A program made the position numbers and the translations under genes. Under the pieces are notes generated by a model. It did no database searches, was not told where the DNA came from, and saw nothing but the letters and a program-made list of their open reading frames with translations. This document shows positions 1 through 13,525 of a stretch of DNA of 64,000 bases, in pieces (the stretch's first letter is position 1; the number at the start of each line of letters is the position of its first letter). Source of the stretch: Octopus vulgaris (taxonomy: Eukaryota); NCBI GenBank assembly GCA_951406725.2, contig OX597824.1, forward strand, positions 75,206,001-75,270,000, given 5' to 3'.

Positions 1-24
1 AAAATTGAATTGAATTGAATAGTA

Positions 25-620
25 GGATCCTTAGAGGTAGTAGACAGTTTCTGTTACTTAGGTAACCTAAATAACAGTAGAGGAGGATGATCTGAAAGCA
101 TAGTTGCTAGAAAAAGAGCTGGCTTGGGTAAGATCAGAGAGCTATTACCTTTGTTGGTAAAGAGTGAAAGGCAGATTATATGATGTTTGTGTCAAATGCA
201 GATTGCATGATGTGAATGCATGATGCTTGTGTACATGGTAGTGAAACATGGGAAGTGAATATAGAAGGCATGCAAAAACTTGAAAAAAATAAAGCTAGCA
301 TGCTTTGCTGTATGTGCAATGCCAGTGTGAATGTATGACAGCGTGTTGAGAGAAAAGCTGGGTATATATAAGAGGACTATACGTATTGTGCAAGTGAGAA
401 CGCTGCACAGGTATGATCGAGTGATGTGTCTGGATGAGGATAGCTGCATGACAAGTACCAGTCACTAAATTCTGATGGAATCTGTGGAAGAAGAAACCCA
501 GGAAGATGTGGGGCAAAGTGGTGAAAAATGATCCTCAGATGTTGGGTCACAGAGATGACAAAGAACAAAGTTGACCGGCCGGCAATTTGCTGTGCTTGAG
601 AAGACCTGTCCATCTAAATA
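25..620 (+). mobile_element. Decayed RTE-clade LINE, 3' ORF fragment
   Basis: Broken translation EVVDSFCYLG...LLPLL...KGRLYD, homologous to the better-preserved fragment at 37790-38785. Confidence 0.7.
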
Positions 621-1362
621 AAACTAAGGTCCCATGTCATTTATGTCTCTGCCCCTGATAAATCTCCCCCTCCCCCACAACACATCTTCCTAACACCCCT
701 CCCTCCATCTGTGTTCACTCATTATACTCTCTCTGTCCTTCTTTCACTTTCCTTTCTCACTCTAACGAACTTACCTGCCCACTCAATGTCTTCAATTCTC
801 TGTACCAATTCACGTATATACATTTCCCCTGCAACCTGAGAATATGCCCTAACACATCATCTTCACCATCTTCTATCTCTCTTCTCCCTCTCAACAAGGG
901 CAGCCATGTATCACCACTACAGCAAGATACCTGGTTCTGTCCCTCTGTCATTCACTAATCTCTCATCCCCTGGCACAAACTACTTCCCTCAATACTACTC
1001 TCTACCCCCGCTCAGTTGAGGGGTCTTGTTTTGCAAGTAACTGGGTGACCTGACTAGAGCTGGTGCCACAAAGTAAAAAAAAAAAGCACCCAGTACACTC
1101 TGTAAATTGGCTGGTGTTAGTTAGGGCACCCAAACATAGAAGCCATGCCAAGACAGCCTATAGAGCTTGGTGCAGTCTTCTGGCCTGCTAGCCCTTGTCA
1201 AACCATACAACCCTCCCCAGTATGGAAAGCAGATATTAAATGCCGATGATGATGATGATGATGATGATGATGTGTGCATATGTGTAAGGTGTTATTTGAA
1301 GGAGATGTCGCTGCTGTTTCTAGCAGGCCCAGTGACCATGTAGAATCTCTCTTTCTCTGCCA

Positions 1363-1596
1363 GGCGGCGAGCTGGCAGAAACGTTAGCAAGCCGGGCGAA
1401 ATGCGTAGCCGTATTTCGTCTGCCGTTACGTTCTGAGTTCAAATTCCGCCGAGGTCGACTTTGCCTTTCATCCTTTCGGGGTCGATAAATTAAGTACCAG
1501 TTACACATTGGGGTCAATGTAATCGACTTAATCCCTTTGTCTGTCCTTGTTTGTCACCTCTATGTTTAGCCCCTTGTGGGTAGTAAAGAAATAAGA
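1363..1596 (+). mobile_element. SINE family C (GGCGGCGAGCTGGCAGAAACG head). Other copies at about 12168-12585(-), 17657-17889(+), 27941-28170(+), 35345-35618(+), 41570-42128(-), 43970-44310(-), 44668-44900(-), 53369-53600(+), 54510-54742(+), 57175-57780(+)
   Basis: Near-identical dispersed copies with Pol III box-like motifs (AGCTGGCAGAA; GAGTTCAAATTC). TSDs are visible, e.g. GAATGCAGGTTGTCTT at the 17657 copy and AGAAACTGAAACAAGCCTA at the 27941 copy. Confidence 0.9.
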
Positions 1597-1932
1597 ATCT
1601 CTCTCTCTCTCTCTGTCTAATACTAAATGTCGTTATTGATGTTGTTCCCTGTTGTTGAAGTGGGAGGGTTGGTTTTGAAACCAGAACACTTAGTGCTTCC
1701 CTCCAGAAACCACAATGAACAAGTTTAACCAAAAATCATTTTTTTTCAAAAAAGCCCCAGGAGGGCTATGGTAATGCTTCTACTCACACATCCAGATTGC
1801 CATTCATCACTGAGGTCAGATGTCTAATGTTGTTGATTATGATGATGATGATAATGATGATGATGATGATGAGGAGGTGGAGGAGGGTGGATTAGCAGAA
1901 TCGCTAAGGTTTTGGACAAAACGTCTAGTGAT

Positions 1933-2335
1933 ACTCTTTTATTCTTTTGCTTGTTTCAGTCGTTTGACTGCGGCCATGCTGGGGCACCGCCTTTAGTCCA
2001 ACAAATCGACCCCAGGACTTATTCTTTGTAAGCCTAGTACTTATTCTATTGGTCTCTATTGTTGAACCACTAAGTTACAGGGATTGTAAACACACCAGCA
2101 TTGGTTATCAAGCGATCTTGGGAGGACAGACACAGACACGCAAACACACACACATATATATACATATACACGATAGGCTTCTTTCAGTTTCCGTCTACCA
2201 AATCCACTCACAAGGCTTTGGTTGGCCCGAGGCTATACTAGAAGACACTTGCCCAAGGTGCCACGCAGTGGGACTGAACCCGGAACCATGTGGTTGGTAA
2301 GCAAGCTACTTACCACACAGCCATTCCTGTGCCTA
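1933..2335 (-). mobile_element. SINE family B (tRNA-like head, CORE-like CCTTGGGCAAGT, internal TA/TG tract). Other copies at about 7085-7445(-), 9630-9978(-), 22140-22548(-), 25405-25810(+), 26580-26985(-), 32245-32655(-), 39610-39988(-), 47600-48040(-), 55305-55728(+), 56305-56703(-), 60088-60475(+), 63680-63840(+)
   Basis: More than 12 similar copies of about 400 bp, with A-box TGGCTGTGTGG, B-box GGTTCAGTCCC and a (GTAAAAGA)n tail. Confidence 0.9.
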
Positions 2336-2972
2336 TAATATTTATATCACATATGTTCTAGTCATTAGACTACGGCTAGGCTGGGGCATCACCTTGAAGA
2401 CCTTTAGTTGAACGAATTGACTCTTGTAGTTATTTTTTTTTCAACCTTGATACTTATTGTATCAGTTGTCGAGTGGTGGTGTGAGACAAACACAGACACA
2501 AAGACACACACGGTGGGCTTCTTTCAGTTTCCATGTACCAAATCCACTCACAAGGCCTTGGTTGGCCCAAGGCTATGATAAAAGAAACTTGCCTCAGGAA
2601 GGTACAACATGCAGTGGGACTGAACCCAGAACCATGTGGGTGGGAAACAAACTTAATCACACAGCCACACTGGGATCTTTAACCTTTACATTCTGAGTTC
2701 AAATCCCACTGAGGCCAATTTTGTCTTTCATCCTTTTGGCATAAATAAAATAAAGTACTAGTTTAAAGTACAGGGGCTGATTTAATCAGCTAACTCCCTC
2801 CTCTCAAAACTGTGACTCTTGTTCCCAAGTAAGAAACTATGATGATGATGATGATGATGATGATGATGGTGACGATAATAATGTTGATTACAAAGATGAT
2901 TAATAATGTTGATAGTAATAGTTATTTTGAAGATAATTAACAACAAGGATGACAAGAGTGATGATAATTAAC

Positions 2973-3014
<42 letters not shown>

Positions 3015-3465
3015 CAATGGTGATAACGATGTTGACAACAGCTGTGATATCCCAAGCTTTTCCAATTAGAGTCGTTAACAATAACAACAATGACAACAAC
3101 CACAACAACAACAACGATGGAGTTGGATGTTATTGTAGGTGTTGGTTTGCCCCCTCGCCTCCGAGATCCAGAAGATCGTGCTGGAAAGTGGTGAGGGCAG
3201 AGTGGAGGGTAACAGGAGGCGATGAGGTTAACAGCAGTAATTAATTAATCAAAGTAGTTGCTATCTTTAGATATTTTCGTTAGTTTAGCTGCTCCAACAT
3301 AAGATATTTGGTGGGGGGGATTAACGTCTCTTCCACCCCTTCAACATACCCACTTTCCAGATCTCTCCTTGTTGCTAACAACCTCTCTTAACAACCTCAC
3401 ACCAAACTGACATCCCTCTACATCCGCTACACATATATATATATATATATATTTATCTATATGTA

Positions 3466-3888
3466 AGTGCTAAGAGTACCATACGAGTGAGATTGTTGCC
3501 AGAGCAACAAGCTGGCCTCCATGCCAGTGGCATGTAAAAAGCACCATTCGAGCGTGATCATTACCTGCTACCTGCGTCGCCTTACTGGCACTTGTGCTGG
3601 TGGCACGTGAAAAAACATTTGAGCGAGGTCATTGCCAGTGCCACTGGACTGGCTCCTGTGCAGGTGGCACATAAAAAGCACCACTTGAGCATGGCCCATT
3701 GCCAGTGCTGCCTGACTGGCCCTCTACACTCTGGGAGTGGTTGGCGTTAGGAAGGGCATCCAGCTGTAGAAACTCTGCCAGATCAGATTGGAGTCTGGTG
3801 CAGCCATCTGGTTCACCAGACCTCAATCAAATCGTCCAACCCATGCTAGCATGGAAAGCAGACATTAAACGATGATGATGATGATGAT
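3466..3888 (+). mobile_element. SINE-like family A ending in (GAT)n with variable 5' monomers. Other copies at about 1020-1272, 6527-6853, 14940-15231, 15325-15640, 16287-16486, 19590-20082, 31085-31452(-), 37290-37740(-), 42480-42730, 46151-46333(-), 53055-53348, 59300-59740, 62623-62950(-), 63170-63676
   Basis: Shared core GGTTGGCGTTAGGAAGGGCATCCAGCTGTAGAAAC and 3' end CCATGCTAGCATGGAAAGCGGACGTTAAAC(GAT)n. RTE-derived ends are inferred from recall. Confidence 0.9.
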
Positions 3889-4103
3889 ATATATATATAT
3901 ATACACACACACGTATTCTTTACTCTTTCACTCAGTTTCAGTCATTTGACTGTGGCCATGGTGCATGAAGAAATTATTATTATCATTTGATGAAAACTCT
4001 CAGCTTACTTTTGCTCAGTATGATGGAAAATGTCAGCTGCCCACAGCCTGCAGACTAGGGTGACACTTGTTTACTGATCATGTTTAAGAATCTGGCGAAA
4101 AAC

Positions 4104-4143
<40 letters not shown>

Positions 4144-4664
4144 GTGTGAAAGAGCAATGCAAGCCATCAAAGTGACACTGGGGTAAAATATACGAAGCCC
4201 AGTATACCCATCATGATTACCTGTCTGATAAGGGTACACCAGGCAGATGCATCACAACCATAAGTGCGTGACATGGTGATCTCATATCAAGATAAACAGC
4301 ACATGACCTTGCAGTTAAAATTTTCTTCTGGTCGAGCAACCCTTCCCGTTCAAAAGGTCCCTGAATAAGGGTTGTTTAAGGATGTTCAACGAAACACCCA
4401 TGTTTCCAGACATGAATTATTCAAACCCCAAAGAATCCCTCTCAACACATGGCTATGATGCTCCCCCACTACTTCTGCTTGTGATCAGAGATGGACATAT
4501 TGTCAGCCACTAAGGGACATGGTCAACTGGTTACGGTCAAACAACTGACAAGCAAATCTGTGGTATTGAGCAGAATATTTGCTGTAGCCCATCTTTTATA
4601 CCAAGCAATGTACATGATGACACTTCCAATCAGTTAAGATCAGAAGCCATGAGAGCCACTGCCT
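4144..4664 (-). mobile_element. Non-coding retroposon family D inserted in (TAA)n; second copy at 61318-61885
   Basis: Two similar copies of about 520-570 bp, both bounded on each side by (ATT)n. Confidence 0.8.
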
Positions 4665-4675
4665 GTATTATTATT

Positions 4676-5372
4676 ATTATCCTGCATGTGTAAGTGAAAG
4701 CAGGGTATTGTAATCACACGCCTTTGTCTGTTTGTCTGTGTGTTTGCAAAATTACTGGAAAATGGCTGAACAGATTTTCACCAAATTTGGCAGAAGTACT
4801 CACTAGGTGAGTGGTTCGAAATGATGAAAATTTGGTTTGATTATCTTTAAAAAAAAACACAAAAAAAGAAAGAAAAAAAACGAACTTATAAAATTTCTCG
4901 ATAAGCAAGTGGTCATATCATTTTGTTCACTTTGTTTTCATTACAAACAACCCTTGTCTGCATGAGTATAGATCATGGTGTACCTATGCGTGAAGACGTG
5001 TGTGGGAAGATACATACATAGATATGTGGCTCTGTGTGTGTGTGTGTACACTGATGGCTTCAAGGGTTTCGTTTATTTAAGAGTTGATTTCATATATACC
5101 TATAATAGTGATACTTAAAAAAAAATAATAATTCAGTTCAATTAAAAAGCACAGGTAAGCAACACATTGTAAGCCACACTATATCATCATCATCGTTTAA
5201 CGTCCGCTTTCCATGCTAGCATGGGTTGGACGATTTGACTGAGGACTGGCGAACCAGATGGCTGCACCAGGCTCCAATCTGATCTGGCAGAGTTTCTACA
5301 GAGTTTCTACTATAATTTGCAATAAAATTTATCTGTGTGCAGGGTATGCATTGCCCCCCTGATGTCTATTTT
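4676..5372 (+). mobile_element. Helentron/DINE-1-like non-autonomous element with a nested family A fragment (5181-5305)
   Basis: Subterminal inverted motif ATCCTGCA...TGCAGGGT, a 5' hairpin, a (TGTC/TGTT)n tract, a TTCACCAAATTTGG core and T-rich ends. Confidence 0.55.
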
Positions 5373-5631
5373 TTTTCATTATTCTTCTTCTTATTTTAAA
5401 GGTGGCAAGCTGGCAGAATTGTTTGTGTGCCAAGCAAAATGCTTAGCGGCATTTTATCTGTCTTTACATTCTGAGTTCAAATTCACTGAGGTTGACTTTG
5501 CCTTTCATCCTTTCAGGATTGATAAAATAAGTACCAGTTATGCACTGAGGTCAATGTAATCGACTAGTTCCCACCCACAAATTTCAAGCCTTGTGCCTTT
5601 ATTAGAAAGAATTATTATTATCATTATTGAT

Positions 5632-6150
5632 TTGACACAGGTTTGATCATATTCCTGACAGGATCTATGTGGGTAGCCAATACCTAACTGTAACTTTAGG
5701 TGTCCACAAGCCCTCAATAGTTTTTCAAGTACTTAGAACTCTCCTAATAATCTTTCCAGTTCCTAATTATTATGCTGCATTTTTGTAAATTTCAGACACT
5801 TAGACGTGGAATGGTCTGGACAATTTCAGTTAGGGAGCAGTCAATACCAAGATGGCAAAATTCCTTTACTCTTTCCTCTCTTGTGCCTTACACAGACATG
5901 ACTTTCCTTGAGATCCTTGCTGTACCAAAAAGTGCTTGTCTTCTGCATGTCCAGTAACCTTGCACCAATTCCAGTTTATTCACTCAGTCCTTGAAGCTAT
6001 CCAATATGGATGGATCCCAATTCTCCACTTGCACCAAAAACTTTCTTCATACCTGACAACTTTCCAGCCTCCTCTTTCAGTGGCTTATAGTTCTCCAGCT
6101 TTTCATACTCTTTATCTTTCACTCCACTGGCTCCTGGGAGGGAGATAGCA
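5632..6150 (-). mobile_element. 3' fragment of an R4/Dong-type (RLE) non-LTR retrotransposon
   Basis: Minus translation AISLPGASGVKDKEYEKLENYKPLKEEAGKLSGMKKV, then frameshifted ALFGTARI. Typical of the RLE C-terminus; ends next to a (TAA)n-like tract. Confidence 0.7.
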
Positions 6151-8171
6151 ATAATTTAGGCCTAACTATTATTATTTGTCTGTCCTTACGTTCTGAGTTC
6201 AAATGCTGCCGGGCCCGACTTTGCCTTTTATCCTTTTGGAGTCAGTAAAATAAGTACCGGTGAAACACTGGGGTCGATGTAATCAACTACTCCTCTCCCC
6301 CAAAATTTCAGGCCTTGTGCCTAGAGTAGAATGAATTATTATTATTATTATTATTATTATTAAAGTGGTGAGCTGGTAGAGTTGTTAGCACGCTGGATGA
6401 ATACTTAGTGGTATTTCACCCATCATTACATTCTAAGTTCAAATTCATCTTCATGCTCTGAGTTCTGATTTCAAATATATATATATATATATATATATAA
6501 ATGCACCAAATATATATATATATATAAAATGCACCATCCGAATTGTGGCCGATGCCAGCGCCGCCTCGACTGGCTTCCGTGTCGGTGGCACGTAAAAAGC
6601 ACCATCCGAATCGTGGCCGAAGCCAGTGCCGCCTCGACTGGCTTCCATAAAATGCACCAATCCGACCGTGGCCAATGCCAGCTTCGCCTGGCACCAGTGC
6701 AGGTGGCACGTAAAAAGCACCCACTACACTCACGGAGTGGTTGGCGTTAGGAAGGGCATCCAGCTATAGAAACGTTGCCAGATAAGACTGGAGCCTGGTG
6801 CAGCCTTCTGGCTTCCCAGATCCCCGGTTGAACCGTCCAACCCATGCTAGCATATCGAATTAAATACACAGCCAAAAGAGCTACTAATAGTTTCATGCTA
6901 TTATGATACTTGAACAGGCATATTTATAAAATATACCATGTATTTTAAAGCAATCTCTCAGGCTCTGTTTATGTATGTATGTGTGTATATGTATGTATGT
7001 ATGTATATGCGTATTAGTGTCTTTTTGTTGTGACATCATGTCATAGATGTAAAATGAGTATCACCATCATGTAAGTGGAGTTCTTTTATTTGTTTACTTG
7101 TTTCAGTCATTTGACTGCAGCCATGCTGGAGCAACGCCTTTAGTCGAGCAAATTGACTCCAAGACTTATCGTATCAGTTACTTTTGCTGAACTGCTAAGT
7201 TGCGGGGGACGTAAATGCACCAGCATTGATTGTCAAACAATGTTGCAGGGGGAGCGAAACACAGACACACACATATATAATTGATGGGCTTCTTTCAGTT
7301 TCCATCCACGAAATCCACTCACAAGGCTTTGGTCAGCCTGAGGCTATAGTAGAAGACACTTGGACAAGGTGCCACACAGTGGGACTGAACCTAGTACCAT
7401 GTGGTTGGTAAGCAAGCTACTTACCACACAGCCATTCCTGTGCCTATTATTTGCTTCCAGTATTTGATGAAAACATGTGATCATGGGGAAAATATACTTT
7501 ACTTGAAAAACAAAAAAAAATTAGGGTTGGCAACAGGAAAGGCATCCAACTGTAGAAAATGTGCTTTAAAAAATGTCTTCTCTAACCCATGCAAGCATGG
7601 AAAAGTAGATGTCAACATGATGATGGTGGTAGTGATGATGTTTACAATGATTATGATGATGATGATATTTTATGATGATGATGATGATGATGGCAATGAT
7701 GTTGATAATAATGGTGGTGGTAATGATGATGATTATATATATGTAAAGGAAGGACATTGGCAGTGTTGTTAGAATTCTGGACAGAATACCTCACAGGATC
7801 TGTTTCAAATCTTGCTGAGGGCAACTTTGCCGTTCATCTTTACAAGACTGATTTTTAAAAAAATAGGAACCAGTCCAGGGGAACACTGAGTTGGTTGATA
7901 TGTTTGAGCATTGAACAAGATATCTTGCAGTATCTGTTCCACACCTCTGAGTATTTCAAGTTCAAATCCTGGCAAAAGTGCTGACACATCTGTCAGGTGT
8001 TGCAACTAATATGAGTATGAGTAGACTTAAAATCCAATGGAAGCATAGCTTCTAGAGTTTAACTGGTACGTCAATACCACCAATACCTCAATTTACGTCT
8101 GTCTGTCCATCTATGTATGTATGTATGTATATATGTATGTACCTATCTATGTATCTATCTATGTATCTATG

Positions 8172-8204
<33 letters not shown>

Positions 8205-8772
8205 CGAGGTTACTGTGTCTTTTCCATAGGCTTTTATTTCCATCGATAAACCTTATCTGCTTCCCCCTTTACACTTTGCATCATGACATTTCTGTGATAC
8301 ACAATCCCTTTTTTCCCTTTTACGATCCCTTTTGATCGAAAACCTACCACACTTTTTTTTTCCCCCCAAAAAGAAAAGCTCTACTTAATAATTTGTCCTG
8401 TTTGTGTTCAGCCCTGTGTGGCTAATAAAGAAACATATCTAATCTGTTTATCTAGCTATTTATCTATGTATGTATGTATGTATCTATCTATCTGTCTATC
8501 TATCTACCTATCCACACACACACACACACATGCTGTAAAAGCAATGTACCCGAGGAAGTGCTGTTGCACACAGCTGTGTTGTTGGATTATATTCATCAAT
8601 GTGATTATTTATAAAATGATTTTTATGTAATGGTAAGAAACTGAAAACCCAGCAACTTGCAGCTGTTACCACTGCACAGAAACAAATGTTGTAATTTGTA
8701 ATTAAAGCTTCTTTATTTCGTCTTCTTGTTGCATACATACATGCATACATAAACACATAATACATACATACA

Positions 8773-9335
8773 TAATGATGGCCGTCCACTCGTGACCGAG
8801 GAAGACCATTGCCGACCTTCAGGAACATTGTGAGCTCTAGGACCAACTTATATTTTGCATTTGCGGCTCCATTGGTGCTCTTGACAAGCATACACGACTG
8901 CAAACATTGCAGACCAAGCTTTCCCCATTCACTATACGAGCCGTGCACTTTCGCGCAGCTCGCTTAAGTTCTTCATGCTGGATATGGGCTCTCTCAAAAG
9001 TGTCGATCCCCTCCTTAACCTGCTTCCTCCATCTGTGGCGATGACAGGCATTGTTCTTCTCCCAGTCAGTGTCCTGAATATCAAAGGCCTTTAACGAGGA
9101 CTAGACACAGTCCTTAAATCGCAGCCTTGGTTTCTGCCGGAGTCTCCTTCCATTCACAAGTTCTCCATAGAGCATCTGCTTAGGAATCCTTCTATCCTTC
9201 ATTCTAATAAGGTGTCCAGTCCAACGCAACTGGTGCTTGTGTACCATCGCCTCAATACTCAAGATATCAGCTGTCCTCAGGATCTGAGTGTCTGGAATTT
9301 TTGAGGTCCAGCCAACATTGAGAATGTGTCTGAGA
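8773..9335 (-). mobile_element. 5'-truncated RTE/BovB-like LINE 3' end
   Basis: CLRHILNVGWTSKIPDTQIL...QLRWTGHLIRMKDRRIPKQMLYGEL...RFKDCV, inserted in (TACA)n. Confidence 0.85.
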
Positions 9336-9360
9336 CATACATACATACATACATACATAG

Positions 9361-9545
9361 ATCGCTAACCACTACACATTCTTTATTTTCTCTCCTTGTT
9401 TATTTCTGTGTTCCTTTCTGTGGAAGAGCATAGGCTCGAAACATTAAAGACTTTTTCACTTCCCGAGCATTAAACTAATACATCTGTTTGTTGTCTACAC
9501 CACCTGCCTTCGTCTTGTGTTTTTTTGTGAATTCTCTCCATATAT
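9361..9545 (+). mobile_element. Penelope-like pLTR-type fragment next to (TA)n; related copy at 52821-53025(-)
   Basis: Two related AT-rich elements adjoining (TA)n, both containing a minimal hammerhead-like motif. Confidence 0.6.
9414..9449 (+). ncRNA. Degenerate minimal hammerhead-ribozyme-like motif
   Basis: CTTT-CTGTGGA-A-GAGC(ATAG)GCTC-GAAA-C-ATT-AAAG: stems I and II intact, helix III and cleavage triplet degenerate. Confidence 0.45.
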
Positions 9546-10164
9546 ATAGATATATATATATATATCTTCACACACACAAACATGCACACACTTAGAAGCT
9601 CTTTGTATAAGCATGCATATATTCTTATTCTTTTACTCTTTTACTTGTTTCAGTCATTTTGACTGCGTCCATGCTGGGGTACCACTATTATTCTTTGTAA
9701 GCCTAGTACCTATTATATCAGTCTCTTTTGCTGAACCGCTAAGTTATGGGGACATAAACACACCAGCATCGGTTGTCAAGCAACGTTGGGGGGGACAAAC
9801 ACACACATACAAACATATACGCACACACACATATATATATATGTGACAGGTTTCTTTCAGTTTCCGTCTACCAAATCCACGAGGCTATAGTAGAAGACAC
9901 TTGCCCAAGGTGCCATGCAGTGAAACTGAACCTGGAACCATGTGGCTGGTAAGCAAGCTACTTACCACACAGCCACGCATCTGTATACAAAATTTTATCT
10001 TCATATTTAATTTTATTTTTATTTTTATCTTGACTCTTAATTTTATTGATAACTCCTTTATAAATTTTATCATATTTTTTATATACTTTATCTTTCTTTA
10101 TAATTTTTTACCTTATATTTAATTTTTCTTATCCCTATAATATTAAAGCTCTGCTATGTTTATA

Positions 10165-10730
10165 TCGGGTTGTCCAGAAAGTTTGTGCCGATTTATAGTA
10201 GCTTACCTTTCGACTTATTTTACAACATGGTTGAGTCCATAAAATAGGATTTGACTACACCTCCATTTAGACCACAGTTTAAGCTATCTTTTCGTGGAAG
10301 AAGGTTTATGTTCCTATAACCTGTGTTAATTCTGTAGCCCTTTAAAATGGAAGACAAGAAAGTTCATTTTCGGCACTTGATGCTTTGGGAACCAGACAGA
10401 AATTGCTGCAGCTCGGCTGGGATGTGTTACCCCACCCTCCATATTCACCAGATATTGCTCCTTCGGATTTCCACTTATTCAGGTCTTTGCAGAATAGTCT
10501 TAATGGTAAAAATTTCAATTCCTTGGATGACGTAAAAAGATACCTTGATGAATACTTTGCCATGAAACCACCTCAATTCTGGGAAGAGGGTATTTTCAAG
10601 TAAAAGGAAAGATGGAGATGCATTGTGCAACAAAATGGTTCATATTTGGTTGATTAAAAATGTAATGGCAAGTATTTATTGCCCTTTTTCTTTCCTTTAA
10701 AAATCGGCATGAACTTTCCGGACAACCCAA
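10165..10730 (+). mobile_element. Internally deleted mariner element (566 bp)
   Basis: TIRs of about 28 bp, TA TSD, N-terminal MEDKKVHFRHLMLWE joined to C-terminal GWDVLPHPPYSPDIAPSDFHLF. Confidence 0.95.
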
Positions 10731-11472
10731 TAGTAAGCCTCTAAACACTTTCAATGATTCCCAAAGTCCTGATTGAAATCTTTGCCCCCATAGCCTTTAA
10801 TTCGTTTATAGTTTACTTTTTCTCTCTTAGTACTGCGGTAATTAGTAAGGGTTGGGTGGGCTTTCTTCTTTGTTTATTTTACTTTATATGTTCTTATTTT
10901 ATCTTATCCTTTCCCTACTTCACTTCCCCCATCTTAAATAACCTTGATAACTTCATAGATACAGCTGACCACAAATCATTCCATAACCATTTACCAGTAA
11001 ACAATAAAAATTTTCTTTATAGATATCACAGATAAATGTAGTGGTGGGTCACTGGAGGTCACTCATTCCTTCACCTCATAAAAATACACTACTAACCTCA
11101 ATAAAATTCCTTTTGATAAATTCATTCTGTCAACTGAAATAGCAACAGAACGTAGGAAATATTGACTCGAGGATAAGAAAATTTTTAATCTATGTTAAAT
11201 TATTTGGAATGACCTTCATTGTAAAGTATCCATCTGAGGAAAACGGTTTCTTTGGAATTGATATAATGTACTCATTAATTAATTAAAGGAGTCATTAGAA
11301 ATGATTTAATGGATTGACACCTGTTCTTCATTTGTTATTTATATATATATATATAAGAAATAATTAAAATTCAGTTGAATTGGGTACTTAAGTTGAGGCA
11401 CCAAGTCAGTCTAGTATTGTCTGCACAGCTCAAAGTTAGGTGAAAAAAAAGCAAATAAGTAACAAGGATGCT

Positions 11473-11527
<55 letters not shown>

Positions 11528-13525
11528 TACACACTAAAGAAAGATCAAAAGTCTGTCAGTTGTGATCCATGACTCATAGGGCCGATTTCCCAGCATCAAT
11601 AATGCACACACACACATACACACACACACACACACACATGCACACGCATACACACACACACACATGCATACACACACACACACACACGCGATTTTATCTT
11701 TATCATTAAAAAAATGCAACAGTTATTTATGAGGTTGACCATGCAGCTTCTCTGACCAGAAGTCAGAGTATTTTACGTTTTTGTAAATGTCAAATTTCTA
11801 GCTATTGATAAGGTAGCTTCTGCAATTGTTTCGAAAAGAAAAGGCAGGGTCAGATGAGATGGTCTTCATTCCCTTCCAAGGTCCTTTTGCATTCAAAGCC
11901 TGCTCTAACAGCTGTGCCTAGTCCTTTCTTCAAAGAATATTAGAACTATTGGAAAATTCCTTGCAGAAGTTTAAATGGAATATTAATGCTATCAATCTCA
12001 CCAGTCTCAGAGTGGGTGCAAGGATCATGGGCTCTACCCCTGCCTACAGACTCAGCAAATGATAGAAAAGAGGTCTGATTGTTTGGTTTTAGGGGTGACT
12101 TAGGGGACAAATGTGGTAAGTGGGTGTGAAGCAAGTGAGCAGATATATGTAAGTGTCTATATATATTTGTTATTTCTTTATTGCCCATAATGGGCTAAAC
12201 ATAGAGGGGACAAACAAGGACAGACAAAGAGATTAAGTTGTTTACATCAACCCCAGTGCGTAACTGGTACTTATTTAATCGACCCCGAAAGGATGAAAGG
12301 CTACGTCAACCTCGGCGGAATTTGAACTCAGAACATAGTGGCGGACAAAATACCTATTTCTTTACTACCCACAGGGGTCTAAACACAGAGAGGACAAACA
12401 AGGACAGACAAACGGATTAAGTTGATTATATCGACCCCAGTGCATAACTGGTGCTTATTTAATCGACCCTGAAAGGATGAAAGGCAAAGTCGACCTTGGT
12501 GGAATTTGAACTCAGAACGTAATGGCAGACGAAATACCGCTAAGTATTTCGCTCGGCGTGCTAACGTTTCTGCCAGTTTGCTGCCTATATTTATTCGTGC
12601 TTCTGTGTAAGAGTGGGTGTATGCATCTGTATGTGTACATATGTGTAGATGTGTGTATGTGTGAAAATATATGAATTGTGCTGGTGTCATGCACTGCTCA
12701 AGGCCTTATAACAGACAAACTGTAGATAGGAACTTCACTGCAGGCTAGCTAGTGAGCTGGTCTGCAGTGAAGGGACTTCTGGTTAGCCAGACTTCTCTGT
12801 GGCACCATTCATCCGATCACTTTCACCCTCATGGTGTATAACCAAATGTAATGAAATAAATTCTATATCAACACACTCTTGATCTCCATTGATTTTTTTT
12901 TATTCTGGAAGGATTTCAATAAAGTGTATTTTAAGGATAGATGAAAGGGGCCTTTGGCAGATTTTACATGTAACTTCCTTCTATCTTCATGATGTCTAAA
13001 GGTTGCTCAGTCAACCAAGCCTGGTAAAGGTTCATGCCTCTGAACGGACATGAATACTACAAGCACTTAAAACACATTATTCAAACAATTATACGGCCCT
13101 CAATTTCATTAAATATTCAGTTGTTATGCTACCTATCAACAGCTAGGTCACTTGAACCAGTGAGAGACAAAAATCTATTTGCCCTTCACCTTACAAGCTA
13201 ACGAAATCATTAAAAAGATTTGAAAAAGAACAGTCGTCATATTTCTTTTACTTATATTTCTTCCCTTAAGAAATATAAATTCCCTTACGTCATATTTCTT
13301 CCCTTAAGCGAATAACTTGCACCTTACACCACACCCCATGGTACTTATTAATAACTAAGTCAAATGAGGCAGCAAATGTTGAAGACTCTAGGTTTAGGGC
13401 CCATGGAGATGAGTGCGAACTCTGTGATGAAATATTTATATGATATGAATCCTTGAACACTTCGTTTGGCAGCATGATAATCCCTTAGACAACTTGGTTG
13501 GCCTTCTTTGACCCCTTGCTTGAAA

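Noticed and set aside
2049-2300. Recurrent small ORFs (CPRCHAVGLNPEPCGW, FLQLDALPNANHS, RPRKDERQSRPRRNL)
   Set aside because: Chance frames within SINE families A-C with inconsistent starts and stops; not a gene family.
10385-10603. SETMAR-like or functional transposase gene
   Set aside because: Internal deletion and premature stop inside a TIR-bounded 566-bp element.
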